Source: Promethearchaeia archaeon (GTDB lineage Archaea > Asgardarchaeota > Lokiarchaeia > Sigyniarchaeales > SOKP01). Taken from it: a DNA stretch of 64,000 nucleotides. Below, piece by piece: positions 49,187-59,689 of the stretch. Each line of letters opens with the position of its first letter. Position 1 is the first letter of the stretch. The stretch is taken from the NCBI GenBank assembly GCA_029856145.1, contig JAHQWK010000001.1, forward strand, positions 352,001 to 416,000. Direction: 5' to 3'. The notes beneath the pieces are model-generated. The model searched no databases. It was given only the letters and a program-made list of their open reading frames with translations, and had not been told where the DNA came from. Made by a program: the position numbers and the translations under genes.

Positions 49187-50527
49187 TTGGATTTTGTACC
49201 TCATGATGACAAAACTGTTAAAGAAATGTTAAATGTAATTGGTGTAAAATCTTTACAAGAACTATTTCAAGATGTTCCTAGCGATTTAATTATTGAAAAG
49301 CTTAATTTATCTTCTGGATTATCTGAACCAGATCTTATACGTCAATTGGAAAAAATTTCTCATAAGAATAAAGTATATTCAAGTTCTTTCTTAGGAGCTG
49401 GGTGTTATTTTCATTATATCCCCTCCTTAGTTGATTTTGTGACCTCTCGGTCAGAATTTTATACAGCTTATACACCATATCAAGCTGAAGCTAGCCAAGG
49501 ATATTTACAAGCTATTTATGAATATCAAACAATGATTTCTAGATTAACTCAAATGGATGTTGCTAATGCAAGTATGTATGATGGATCAACCGCTCTTGCT
49601 GAAGCAGCTATCATGTCTACAATTATTACACGGAAGAGTTCTGTAATATTACTTAGAGGAATTCATCCTGAATATGTAGAAGTTATTAGAACCTATTGTT
49701 GGGGACAAAATATTAATATAAAATCTGCAAATGAAGAAAATCTAAAAGATATGTTATCCGACGATGTGGCCGCAGTACTATTTCAAAGTCCTAATTTTTT
49801 TGGTGATATTGAAGATGTTTCTAACATTATAAAAAATGTGAGAGATAATTGCCCTAATTGTTTGATCATTCAAGTAATGACAGATCCAACATGTTTAGGA
49901 GTTTTAAAACCTCCAGGAGCAACTGACGTTGATATCTTTGTCGCTGAAGGACAATCATTTGGTATAACACCTTCTTTTGGTGGACCAGGATTAGGAATCT
50001 TTACTGCTAAACAAAAATATTTAAGAAAGATGCCAGGAAGACTGATTGGAAAAACGAAAGAAATAAATGGTGAAAAAGAAGGATTTATTTTAACATTGCA
50101 AGCACGTGAACAGCATATTCGAAGAGAAAAAGCAAGCTCTAATATATGCACAAACCAAGCATTATGTTCATTAGCAGCACTGACATATCTCTTAGCATTA
50201 GGAAGAACTGGTTTAAAAGAGGTTGCAAAGCAAAATATTCAAAAAACACATTATGTAAAACAAAAACTTAGTGAAATTCCTGGTTATAAAATATTAAATA
50301 AAAAGCCAACATATAATGAGTTTTTAGTCAAATGTCCCGACATTGAATTTTTAATCGAGCAATGTAGACAACAAGAACTTTTACCTCCTTTAAAACTTAC
50401 GAATTATTATCCTGAAATGAAAAGTATCGCCTTAGTATGTGTAACTGAAATGAACTCAAAACAATCAATTAATAATTTCCTTGAAGCCGCTCGTTCTGCT
50501 TCGAAAGATAACGTGGAGGGGCAATAA
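49187..50527 (+). CDS. gcvPA: Glycine dehydrogenase subunit 1
   Basis: TAYTPYQAEASQG, NASMYDG, REQHIRREKASSNICTNQ. Likely TTG start at 49187. Confidence 0.95.
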   Translation: MDFVPHDDKTVKEMLNVIGVKSLQELFQDVPSDLIIEKLNLSSGLSEPDLIRQLEKISHKNKVYSSSFLGAGCYFHYIPSLVDFVTSRSEFYTAYTPYQAEASQGYLQAIYEYQTMISRLTQMDVANASMYDGSTALAEAAIMSTIITRKSSVILLRGIHPEYVEVIRTYCWGQNINIKSANEENLKDMLSDDVAAVLFQSPNFFGDIEDVSNIIKNVRDNCPNCLIIQVMTDPTCLGVLKPPGATDVDIFVAEGQSFGITPSFGGPGLGIFTAKQKYLRKMPGRLIGKTKEINGEKEGFILTLQAREQHIRREKASSNICTNQALCSLAALTYLLALGRTGLKEVAKQNIQKTHYVKQKLSEIPGYKILNKKPTYNEFLVKCPDIEFLIEQCRQQELLPPLKLTNYYPEMKSIALVCVTEMNSKQSINNFLEAARSASKDNVEGQ

Positions 50528-50529
50528 TC

Positions 50530-51966
50530 GTGTGTTCTAATATTCAATTAATTTTTGAAAAAGAAACTGAGAATGAACTGAAAAATTTTGTACCTCAAAT
50601 GGATATTGATGAAGTTGATATTAATGAAATTTTACCGAATACTCTACAAAGAAAAGATTTACCAATTCCCAATATTCCAGAAGTTGAAATAGTTCGTCAT
50701 TTCATTAATTTAAGTAACAGAAATTATGGAGTAGACTCAGGTATATATCCATTAGGTTCATGCACCATGAAATATAATCCTAAAGTAAACGAAAATATAG
50801 TTAGAATGCCTGAATTTACCTATATTCATCCTTTGCAAGAAGAAAATGATGGTTGTCTTGAATTGCTCTATCACATCTCTAAATTATTAGGAGAAATAAC
50901 CGGTATGGATGGATTTACATTGCAACCGGCAGCTGGAGCTCATGGAGAATTAGTTGGCTTATTAATAATGAAAAAGTATTTTGAGAGTAAAGCTCTTAAA
51001 AAGCTTAAAATTATTGTGCCAGATTCTGCTCATGGAACTAATCCTGCATCGGCAAAAATGGCAGGATTTTCAATTATAGAAATACAATCAAACAAATACG
51101 GAGAGATTCCATTAGATCAATTAGAATTTGCTATGCAGGAAGGTGATGTTGCGGGTATTATGCTTACTAATCCCAATACACTAGGAGTATTTGATAGACA
51201 AATTAAGGAAATCACGAAAATTGTTCATGAAAATAGCGGACTATGCTATTATGATGGGGCAAATATAAATCCAATGTTAGGAATCTGTCGTCCTAGGGAT
51301 ATGGGATTTGATATTATCCATTTAAATTTGCATAAAACGTTTTCCACTCCGCATGGTGGTGGTGGTCCAGGATCAGGACCCATTGGAGTCGTAAATGAAC
51401 TTATTCCTTTTCTTCCTGAACCTTGCTTAATTTCAACTCAGCAAGGGATTGTGTGTAACGAGAACAATGATAAATCAATTGGAAGAATAAAAGCCTTTTG
51501 GGGTAATTTCGGGGTGATTGTTAGAGCATATGCTTATATTTTAGCTCTAGGGGCTGAAGGATTAAAAAGAGTTGGTCAAGTCGCTGTTTTAAACGCTAAT
51601 TATTTAAGAGTTCTCTTGCAAAAGAACTTCAATCTTCCTTTTAACCGAATCTGTCAGCATGAATTTGTACTTTCGGATCGAGGTATGCCTAATGAAGTCA
51701 CGACTGAAGATATTGCAAAACGTATTCTCGATCATGGATTATATGCACCCACAATATATTTTCCATTGATAATCTCTGGTGCTTTAATGATAGAACCTAC
51801 TGAAACTGAGTCAAAAAAATCGTTAGATTATTTTGTGGAAGTAATGAATAAAATATATGAAGAAGCAAAGAATGATCCCGAAATTTTAAAAAATGCACCT
51901 CATAATACCTCTGTTAAACGTTTAGATGCCGTCTTAGCAGCAAGAAACCCAATATTACATGATTAA
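50530..51966 (+). CDS. gcvPB: Glycine dehydrogenase subunit 2
   Basis: PLGSCTMKYNP, SAHGTNPASA, PLP-Lys motif HLNLHKTFSTPHGGGGPG. Confidence 0.96.
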   Translation: MCSNIQLIFEKETENELKNFVPQMDIDEVDINEILPNTLQRKDLPIPNIPEVEIVRHFINLSNRNYGVDSGIYPLGSCTMKYNPKVNENIVRMPEFTYIHPLQEENDGCLELLYHISKLLGEITGMDGFTLQPAAGAHGELVGLLIMKKYFESKALKKLKIIVPDSAHGTNPASAKMAGFSIIEIQSNKYGEIPLDQLEFAMQEGDVAGIMLTNPNTLGVFDRQIKEITKIVHENSGLCYYDGANINPMLGICRPRDMGFDIIHLNLHKTFSTPHGGGGPGSGPIGVVNELIPFLPEPCLISTQQGIVCNENNDKSIGRIKAFWGNFGVIVRAYAYILALGAEGLKRVGQVAVLNANYLRVLLQKNFNLPFNRICQHEFVLSDRGMPNEVTTEDIAKRILDHGLYAPTIYFPLIISGALMIEPTETESKKSLDYFVEVMNKIYEEAKNDPEILKNAPHNTSVKRLDAVLAARNPILHD

Positions 51967-52054
51967 CATTATAAATTTTTAAATTTTTAAAGTCTATAAC
52001 AATATAAGTTCTAAAGTAGTATGAAAAATATAATTTAGATTTTGGTGTACAAAA

Positions 52055-54022
52055 ATAAAATATCTATCTTTTTTCCCTTACGAGAAATTCAGAGAAAATC
52101 AAGAAAATATAACTAAACAAATTGAAGAAAGTTCAAGGTCAAAAAAAATCACTTTATTATTAGCTCCTAATGGTACAGGAAAGACAATTATTGCCTTATG
52201 CAGCTTACTCCCTTTAGCATTTGAGAAGAATCTAAAAATTATTTATATGTGTCGGACACATTCTCAAAATCGTAGAATAATAAAAGAATTGATAAAAATC
52301 TCACAAAAGAAAGTCGATGACAATCTTAAGGTTAAGCTTAATGGTATTTCGATAAGAGGCAGAAACGAAATGTGTTTAAATAAAACATTATTATCTCTCA
52401 AACTAAATCCAAGGGAAGCTATGTCTGTTTGTAGTGATTTAAGAAAAAATCGGAATTGTATTTATTTCTTAAATTTATTAAAAAAAAGGGGACAAAGTGA
52501 AAACCCATTATCAATCGCGCCAGAATTATTTAATAAGCCAATTGATGCAGAAGATTTAATAATATTCTGTAAAGAACATAAATTCTGTCCTTATTTCTTA
52601 AGCAAATTTTTACTTGAAGCAATGAAAGTTATTATTTGTAATTATCAATGGATTTTTAATCCTTTTATTCGTGAATCTTTTCTAGAATTTATTGGTCAAG
52701 AACTCCAAAATTGTATCTTAGTATTAGATGAATGCCATAATATAATTGACGTTGCCACAGAAATTAATTCAAAAAAAATCACACCATATTCATTAAGAAT
52801 CTGTTTAAAAGATCTTGAAATGTATAGATCCCCTATTTTAATGCAAAGTTTCGTAAAAATATTATTAGATCAATTACGAGTTAAAAAAAAAAATCTTAGA
52901 TTGGAAGAAAAAGCATTAGAACCAGATAAATTATTAATATCGATTTATAAAAAACTAGGATTTTCTGATCTAAATGGATTTAAGAATTTTATTGAAGAGC
53001 TTCATGATTTCAGTGTATCTATTCATGAGGAAAAATTAGCAAATGGAGAAATTTCGAGAGACTTTGTTGGTTCATTAGCAGAATTTTGGTTGAAGTGGTT
53101 AGAAACATATTGGTTAGAAAATTATTTCTTTTGTTATAATGTTAAAGCGAATAAAGGAAAGCGATTAATCTCACTTGAAATTGTAGCATTAGATCCAAGA
53201 GAAATTGTAATACCTATTTTGAAAAAAGGATATACATGCTTAAATCTCTCTGGAACTGTAAACCCATATGTTTATAATAATTTAATGGGATTGAATGAGT
53301 GCGGCAAGAGTTATAAAGGCATTATTGCAGATTCACCGTTTAGTAATAGAAATATCAAGGCTATGATAACAGAAGGTGTAGATACTAAAAGAGATAGTAG
53401 AACTCCGACTATGTTTAAAAAAATGACTGAAAAAATTGATGAAGTTTTACATTGCACTCCCGCAAATATCGGAATTTTCTGTGCCTCCTATAAAATCCTT
53501 AAAGGATTATTAACAAATGGACTTGAGACTGTTGTAAAAAAGAATAAAAAAAGACTATTCATTGAGGAATCTGGATTATCTGCCTCGGAAAATGCTTTAT
53601 TAGTGGACGATTATAAAAGCATGGCTACAAATGGAGGCGCCGTCTTATTAGGTGTATGTGGGGGAAGAAATTCAGAAGGAGAGGACTATCCTGGGGATTT
53701 CATGAACTCTGTAATTATTGCCGGATTTCCATATCATTTACCTACTCCAAGAGTAGAAGCAAAAATAAAATATTATGATAAAGTATTTAATAGGCAAGGC
53801 TGGAATTTCGCTTACTTATACCCCGCTGTACAACGAGCAAATCAAGCTTCAGGAAGACCAATAAGAAAGATTTCTGACAAAGGGGCAATAATTTTCATGG
53901 ATAGTAGATTTAAAGCAAAATATAAATGGATTTCAGATTGGATAAGAAAAGAATTAGAAATAATTCCTGATAAACCAAATGCTATACTTCAGAACTTACA
54001 CTCTTTTTGGAATCCTAAATAA
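52055..54022 (+). CDS. xpd: XPD/Rad3-family FeS DNA helicase (extends 5' of the ORF-track start at 52247)
   Basis: Q motif FPYEKFRENQ and Walker A APNGTGKT lie in frame upstream of ATG 52247. Also FeS cysteines, DECH, SGT, SEGEDY, QASGRPIR. Proposed ATA start at 52055. Confidence 0.88.
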   Translation: MKYLSFFPYEKFRENQENITKQIEESSRSKKITLLLAPNGTGKTIIALCSLLPLAFEKNLKIIYMCRTHSQNRRIIKELIKISQKKVDDNLKVKLNGISIRGRNEMCLNKTLLSLKLNPREAMSVCSDLRKNRNCIYFLNLLKKRGQSENPLSIAPELFNKPIDAEDLIIFCKEHKFCPYFLSKFLLEAMKVIICNYQWIFNPFIRESFLEFIGQELQNCILVLDECHNIIDVATEINSKKITPYSLRICLKDLEMYRSPILMQSFVKILLDQLRVKKKNLRLEEKALEPDKLLISIYKKLGFSDLNGFKNFIEELHDFSVSIHEEKLANGEISRDFVGSLAEFWLKWLETYWLENYFFCYNVKANKGKRLISLEIVALDPREIVIPILKKGYTCLNLSGTVNPYVYNNLMGLNECGKSYKGIIADSPFSNRNIKAMITEGVDTKRDSRTPTMFKKMTEKIDEVLHCTPANIGIFCASYKILKGLLTNGLETVVKKNKKRLFIEESGLSASENALLVDDYKSMATNGGAVLLGVCGGRNSEGEDYPGDFMNSVIIAGFPYHLPTPRVEAKIKYYDKVFNRQGWNFAYLYPAVQRANQASGRPIRKISDKGAIIFMDSRFKAKYKWISDWIRKELEIIPDKPNAILQNLHSFWNPK

Positions 54023-54086
54023 TTCTTTTTTCCGGTAATTTAAATAAAAAGAGAATTTTTTTTGAAATAATCAATATATTGGCTCT

Positions 54087-55886
54087 TTAAGTGTTTGGTA
54101 ATCGAAGATTCTTTATCAATGCATATAACTCAATTAATTTCATAGTTACAATACTCCATCTAAAATTTTTTTCTACTCTTTTATAGCAGTTTTCTTTAAT
54201 CTTATTGTAATAATTTGGATCTAATAGTACTAAAGATTTAAGTATTTTATCAGGAATCTGATTAACTAATTGAAGATTCTCAGCTTCATATATAGCCTCC
54301 CTATTTTTTACTTTCTCAGAAATTTCCTTTAATTTAAAGAGAGAGATTAATACATCCGCAAATTTAGCTGGATTATCTTTCTCAATTAAGATCCCTGTAC
54401 CTATTTCTGGAAAATTTCTAATATCTATTATTGATTCTTGAAATCCTCCCACTTTTGTTGCTATTACAGGTAATTTTGTAGACATTGCTTCTAAAGCGAT
54501 GATACCAAATGGCTCCCATCTAGATAAAGCACAATAAACATCAGAGGCAATATGAGCAAGATGAAATATATCTGTTGCTACTCCAAAAATAATTCTCAAG
54601 TTGTTAGGATACTTTTTAACATATTGAGCATAAGTCCGAATTTCATTTAAACTATAATCAGTAGGTAATATGAGGAATAAAAATTTAGCATATGGGATTA
54701 CTTTGATTACTATAGGAATAGCCTCAAAAATTGTTTCAAATCCTTTTTGTGGGGAGATTCTTCCAGTTGTAATTACTAAAGGACCCGATTGGTCAAAGGC
54801 TTTAATATATCCGTTCTTGACGAATTCAGTTCCATTTGAAATCTCATTAATCACTTTTAAAACCTTTTCTGATTGAATTAATGGGCTCCTGTCTAAATGG
54901 GATAGCTTATGGGTTAACAAAAATTTCTTCATATCTGACAAAGTTAGGCTCTTTTCATATGATATATGTAAAACATCTCTTATTTCTTGTTCATGATTTT
55001 CCAATATTTGCTTAAAAATTTCATTATAATCCCAATCACAACCGTCCCACACGAAATTCGATTTGAATTCAATTAACTCCTTACCACAATTTGGAATTAT
55101 ATCTGACTTTAAATAGGATTGACTTACAGTTGTTACTAAATCACTGATAAATGCCCCTACTTGTTCTATAGTAGGTGGTTGATACTCTCCACTTATTTTT
55201 TCACATATTGAGAAAATTTCACGAAAAGTTAATGATTTAATACCTTCTTTAAAATGAATAGAAATTGGAGTTTGGTCTATTCCACATACTCTATAAAAAT
55301 CTATCGCATACCTCGGCCAAGTCAATAAATGAATTGTAATTATTGACGCTACATCTAATCCATTTTTAGCTAATATTTGTTTTATTCCAATAAATGGTAT
55401 AACGGCATGATAATCATGAATATGAATTATATCTGGAAGGATATCTTTACGATTATCAATTAAATAATCAATATAACAACACATTCCAATGCTAAAAAGG
55501 CAAATCTTTCCACTAAGCGTGTCTGGATTATATACAATTTTATCATCCAAAAATCTATTAGTAAATGAATTTTCCCCATGTAATAAAATAATATTTACAT
55601 TATTCATTTTTGATTTATAGAAGGCAATATTATATGTCGATTCTGGTTCATTTATTCCAAAACGTGAAGGATTGATTTGTCCTACACAGTTAAATGGTAA
55701 CTTTTCCCATTCAAGAGTTCTTTCTAGCTTTTGTAATTGACCGTGTGAAGGGATAAACATTGTAATATTATAATCATTAGCTAAATGTTTAGCTTGATTT
55801 GCAGGTACTTCTCCGAGCCCGCCTACTTTAATGATTCCCGCGTATTCAAAAGTAAATATCCAAATGTTATCTTTGTTAACTTTCAA
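54087..55886 (-). CDS. glgA: Glycogen/starch synthase (GT5)
   Basis: KVGGLG, HIHDYH, TTVSQSY, GRISPQKG, SRWEPFGIIALEAM. Confidence 0.88.
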   Translation of the reverse strand: MKVNKDNIWIFTFEYAGIIKVGGLGEVPANQAKHLANDYNITMFIPSHGQLQKLERTLEWEKLPFNCVGQINPSRFGINEPESTYNIAFYKSKMNNVNIILLHGENSFTNRFLDDKIVYNPDTLSGKICLFSIGMCCYIDYLIDNRKDILPDIIHIHDYHAVIPFIGIKQILAKNGLDVASIITIHLLTWPRYAIDFYRVCGIDQTPISIHFKEGIKSLTFREIFSICEKISGEYQPPTIEQVGAFISDLVTTVSQSYLKSDIIPNCGKELIEFKSNFVWDGCDWDYNEIFKQILENHEQEIRDVLHISYEKSLTLSDMKKFLLTHKLSHLDRSPLIQSEKVLKVINEISNGTEFVKNGYIKAFDQSGPLVITTGRISPQKGFETIFEAIPIVIKVIPYAKFLFLILPTDYSLNEIRTYAQYVKKYPNNLRIIFGVATDIFHLAHIASDVYCALSRWEPFGIIALEAMSTKLPVIATKVGGFQESIIDIRNFPEIGTGILIEKDNPAKFADVLISLFKLKEISEKVKNREAIYEAENLQLVNQIPDKILKSLVLLDPNYYNKIKENCYKRVEKNFRWSIVTMKLIELYALIKNLRLPNT

Positions 55887-56124
55887 GATATTTCAATCTT
55901 TTTAGAACGCATTTAGTGGTTTAAAACCAAAAAATTGTGTACATCTTTAATTATAATTAAGTCTAATTCGTTAAAAAAAGAATTTAATTAAAACTTAATT
56001 AAAATTGGATTTGTTTGACTCAATTACGACAAAAAGTAAATTTAATAACTATTAATTAATCGTAATTATCAATATTAAACAACCAATATGAAATAATTAA
56101 AAAAAATTCTTGGTGATAATTGAA

Positions 56125-56499
56125 ATGGTAAATTTTGAAGTAATAGATACTGGAAGCCCTAAAACTGGACCCTATAATCTTGGCATAAAGGCTAGTAACC
56201 TTATATTTATCTCAGGACAAGTTACTACTCCAGACGCGAGAGATATTAAAGAACAAACATTAGCTGCATTTGAAAAAATCAAAAAAATATTAGAAGCTGC
56301 GGGAGCACATGTCTCAAACTTAGTGAAAGTAACTGTTTTCTTAAAAAACATGTCTGATTTTAAAGAAATGAATCAAGCTTACAAAGAATTTTTCGAACAA
56401 AATGGTGTCTCTGAAAAATTTCCCGCAAGAAGTACTGTCGAAGCAACTTGTCCACTTCCATATGGATTGATTGAGATTGATGCTATAGCACTATTATAA
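56125..56499 (+). CDS. RidA/YjgF family enamine/imine deaminase
   Basis: GPYN, ISGQ, VKVTVFL, FPARS, IEIDAIA. Confidence 0.92.
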   Translation: MVNFEVIDTGSPKTGPYNLGIKASNLIFISGQVTTPDARDIKEQTLAAFEKIKKILEAAGAHVSNLVKVTVFLKNMSDFKEMNQAYKEFFEQNGVSEKFPARSTVEATCPLPYGLIEIDAIALL

Positions 56500-56618
56500 T
56501 CTAAAACTCATGCAATTTTCATTATTATTTCTTTTCTTTATATCTTTATATTTTCTTCGGAGGATACTTTATATAAATAATAACATTTTCACTTTTATTA
56601 AGAATCATAAAAAAACTC

Positions 56619-57848
56619 GTGAAAATAATGGATAATATGGAAAAAACAATTATGGAAAAAATAGATAGTATGAAAGATGAAATAATCCAGTTTCTCCAAG
56701 ATTTGATTCAAATACCTTCTGAAGTACCACCAGGGAAGTATAAAGAAATATCTAAATATGTTGAATCAAAAATGAAGGAATTTAAAATAGATACGAATGT
56801 TAAAAGGAAGAATGTTATTGGAGAAATAGGTAATAAAAATGGACTATCTCTTATATTTAATGCTCATCTTGACACAGTTCCCACTTATGATGGCTGGACT
56901 AAAGATCCTCATGGAGGAGAAATTGTTGGGAATAAAATTTTTGGCCGTGGAGCTGCTGATGATAAGGCATGTGTAGCAGCAGAAATTTTCGCTACTAAAG
57001 CCTTAATAGAGCTAGGTATAGAAATTAATGGAAAAATAATTATAACTGCTGTTGTTAACGAGGAAATTGGCGGTTTATTAGGTACTGAATATCTCGTAAA
57101 GGATGAAGTTGTAAGTGGAGATGCTTGTTTATTAGGTGATGTTTGTTGTGATTATCCAATTGCCTATCAAGGTGGAACCATGCAAATGACTTTTATTATT
57201 CAAGGAATACGTCGCAATGCACAAGCCTATCCAGATTTACCTCCACCTAATCGTAATAAATACTCAGGAATAAACGCTATTGGAAAGATGGTAAAAATTA
57301 TGAATTTTTTAATGGAATTACAAGAGGAATTCAAAAAAATGGAAACTAAATATCCAATACCTCCTGATCTTCCATCTAAAATAGGTTCAGTAAATTTTAC
57401 AAAAATAAATGGAGGTAATTCACTGTCTGCAACTCCAGATAATTGTGTTTTGCAATGCTTAATTAGTGTCATTCCAGAAATGGATTTAGACGATATTAAA
57501 ACGCGAATCTTAAATTTTATAGAGGATCTTAAAAAAGAGGATCCTGACTTAAACATAAAAGCCCAAATAGGACTAATTATTAAACCCCATATAACAGACA
57601 CCAATTCTACTTTTGCAAAAGCAGTAAAAAAAGCATTTAGAACGGTCTTCGAAGAAGAAAGAGATTTTAAAACTTTCATACCTACGACTGACGCCCAATT
57701 ATTTCAAGAAAAAGGAATTGAAACTATTTTATTTGGTCCTCTTCGAGGAGAGAATAATCATCATGCTCAAGATGAATTTGTCTACATAGATGATGTTTTA
57801 AATGTAACTAAACTCTACGCGTTAACCGCTTTGAATTATCTTACATAA
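56619..57848 (+). CDS. M20 family metallopeptidase/deacylase (ArgE/DapE-like)
   Basis: NAHLDTV, GRGAADDK, NEEIGG, HHAQDE. Confidence 0.9.
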   Translation: MKIMDNMEKTIMEKIDSMKDEIIQFLQDLIQIPSEVPPGKYKEISKYVESKMKEFKIDTNVKRKNVIGEIGNKNGLSLIFNAHLDTVPTYDGWTKDPHGGEIVGNKIFGRGAADDKACVAAEIFATKALIELGIEINGKIIITAVVNEEIGGLLGTEYLVKDEVVSGDACLLGDVCCDYPIAYQGGTMQMTFIIQGIRRNAQAYPDLPPPNRNKYSGINAIGKMVKIMNFLMELQEEFKKMETKYPIPPDLPSKIGSVNFTKINGGNSLSATPDNCVLQCLISVIPEMDLDDIKTRILNFIEDLKKEDPDLNIKAQIGLIIKPHITDTNSTFAKAVKKAFRTVFEEERDFKTFIPTTDAQLFQEKGIETILFGPLRGENNHHAQDEFVYIDDVLNVTKLYALTALNYLT

Positions 57849-57899
57849 ATTTGAATTACAAATCTTATTATTATATAACATTCTTTAAAATGAAGACTT

Positions 57900-59066
57900 A
57901 TGTGTGATACTCTAGTTTCCCTTGGAAATTCAACTGAAGATGGAAGTGTAATTTTCGGTAAAAATTCGGATCGCCCTTTTAATGAAGTACAATTAATCAC
58001 TTATTCTCCTAGAAGGAGCTTTAAAAAAGGAGATAAATTGAAATGTACATATTTAGAAATTCCTCAAGTTCCTGAAACTTATGCCACTTTAATGAGCCAA
58101 CCTTATTGGATGTGGGGTGCAGAAATGGGTACTAATGAGAATGGGGTTGCAATTGGAAATGAAGCCATATATACTCATGAACCATTAAGAAGGATAGGAT
58201 TATTAGGCATGGATTTATTAAGGTTAGGTCTTGAACGAGGAAAAACAGCTAAAGAAGCAATGGAGGTTATAATCGATTTATTAGAAAAATATGGGCAAGG
58301 AGGTGGTTGTGCATATGATGACCCGGGTTGGATGTACCATAATTCATTTATAGTTGCAGATCCTAAAGAAGCTTTTGTCTTAGAGACTGCTGATAAATGG
58401 TGGATTGTTGAAAAAGTCAAAAATGTGCGTTCAATTTCAAATGGTATTAGTATTAGAGGCAAAGGAGACTATAGAAAGAAAGGAATAATTGAACATGCTA
58501 TTGAAAAAGGATATTGTAAAAATGATGATGATTTCGATTTTGCAATAACTTTTTCTGGAACCCCAATTTCTGCTATACCTTCACCTTATTCCAGAGGAGG
58601 AAAATCTACAATATTACTGAGAGAGGACATAGGTAAAATCACACCAAGTTTAATGATGGAATTTTTGAGAGAACATCAAGCAGGAATTTGTATGCATGGA
58701 GGTTTTGAATCAACAGGTTCTCAAGTTTCTCATTTAAGAAAGGAGAAAAAATCAATTCACTGGTTTACAGGAACTACTCTTCCATGTGTCAGTATTTATA
58801 AACCTTATACTTTTCCTATTGAAGGTCAAAAATATTATAACCCTGGTCCTTATCAAATAGTAAATTCTGGATGGTTTTGGTGCAAGCATACAAAATCTAA
58901 ACCGATACGTAAGAAAATTGAACTTGCAAATATCGAAAAAACTATTATCTCTAGAGTTAATGATTTGATAATTCAAGATGACAAAATTTCAGAAGATAAA
59001 TTCAATGAAAAAATCAAAAGGTTAAATTTAGAAGCATGGAATAAGTCTTTTAAGTTAATAAATTAA
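57900..59066 (+). CDS. C69 family dipeptidase, secernin-like (Ntn hydrolase)
   Basis: MCDT N-terminus, GKNSDRP, WMWGAEMGTNENGVAIGNEA, GMDLLRLGLER. Confidence 0.9.
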   Translation: MCDTLVSLGNSTEDGSVIFGKNSDRPFNEVQLITYSPRRSFKKGDKLKCTYLEIPQVPETYATLMSQPYWMWGAEMGTNENGVAIGNEAIYTHEPLRRIGLLGMDLLRLGLERGKTAKEAMEVIIDLLEKYGQGGGCAYDDPGWMYHNSFIVADPKEAFVLETADKWWIVEKVKNVRSISNGISIRGKGDYRKKGIIEHAIEKGYCKNDDDFDFAITFSGTPISAIPSPYSRGGKSTILLREDIGKITPSLMMEFLREHQAGICMHGGFESTGSQVSHLRKEKKSIHWFTGTTLPCVSIYKPYTFPIEGQKYYNPGPYQIVNSGWFWCKHTKSKPIRKKIELANIEKTIISRVNDLIIQDDKISEDKFNEKIKRLNLEAWNKSFKLIN

Positions 59067-59236
59067 CTATAAATTTACCTCCTAATGTTTTTCTTCTTCA
59101 GTTTAAAACTTTATATAATAGAAAAGATAAATTCAAGCACTTTTTAAAGAATTCATAATAATCAAAAAAACTTAATAGTTTTGGAGTATTCTACTTATTA
59201 ATTTGTTAAGATTAAAAGGCTTCTAAGGATTCAACA

Positions 59237-59530
59237 ATGTCATTGAATAAATTGGATATTTTAGGTATGGAAGGAGTTATTTCAAACTATAAACGTGGGC
59301 GCCATACAATACACCAGAAACACTGTATCATAGTGTTCTCTAATATAAAAACAAGAAAAGATGCAAATAAACTTATAGGGAGAACAGTTTCTTGGAATAC
59401 TATTGCAGGTAAGGAATTGAAAGGAGTAATTTCTCGAGCACATGGAAATAATGGTGCTGTAAGAGCCCACTTTAAAAAGGCTGGAGTTCCTGGGCAGGCT
59501 TTAGGAAAAAAAGTAAAAATTATTAAATAG
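59237..59530 (+). CDS. rpl35ae: Ribosomal protein L35Ae (eL33)
   Basis: GVISNYKRG, GVISRAHGNNGAVRAHF, PGQALG. Alternative start at 59267. Confidence 0.92.
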   Translation: MSLNKLDILGMEGVISNYKRGRHTIHQKHCIIVFSNIKTRKDANKLIGRTVSWNTIAGKELKGVISRAHGNNGAVRAHFKKAGVPGQALGKKVKIIK

Positions 59531-59689
59531 CCTTCTAATTTTTATACTTATTCTTCTACTCGATTATATCTGGATATTACATGATACGAGAATAATATAG
59601 CTTTTTTTATGTTTTGGAATTTCTTATTCTTCTGATAAAGCGATTTTAAAGGTAATTTTTACTTCATTTGGTTGGGTTTAAGCATTAAT

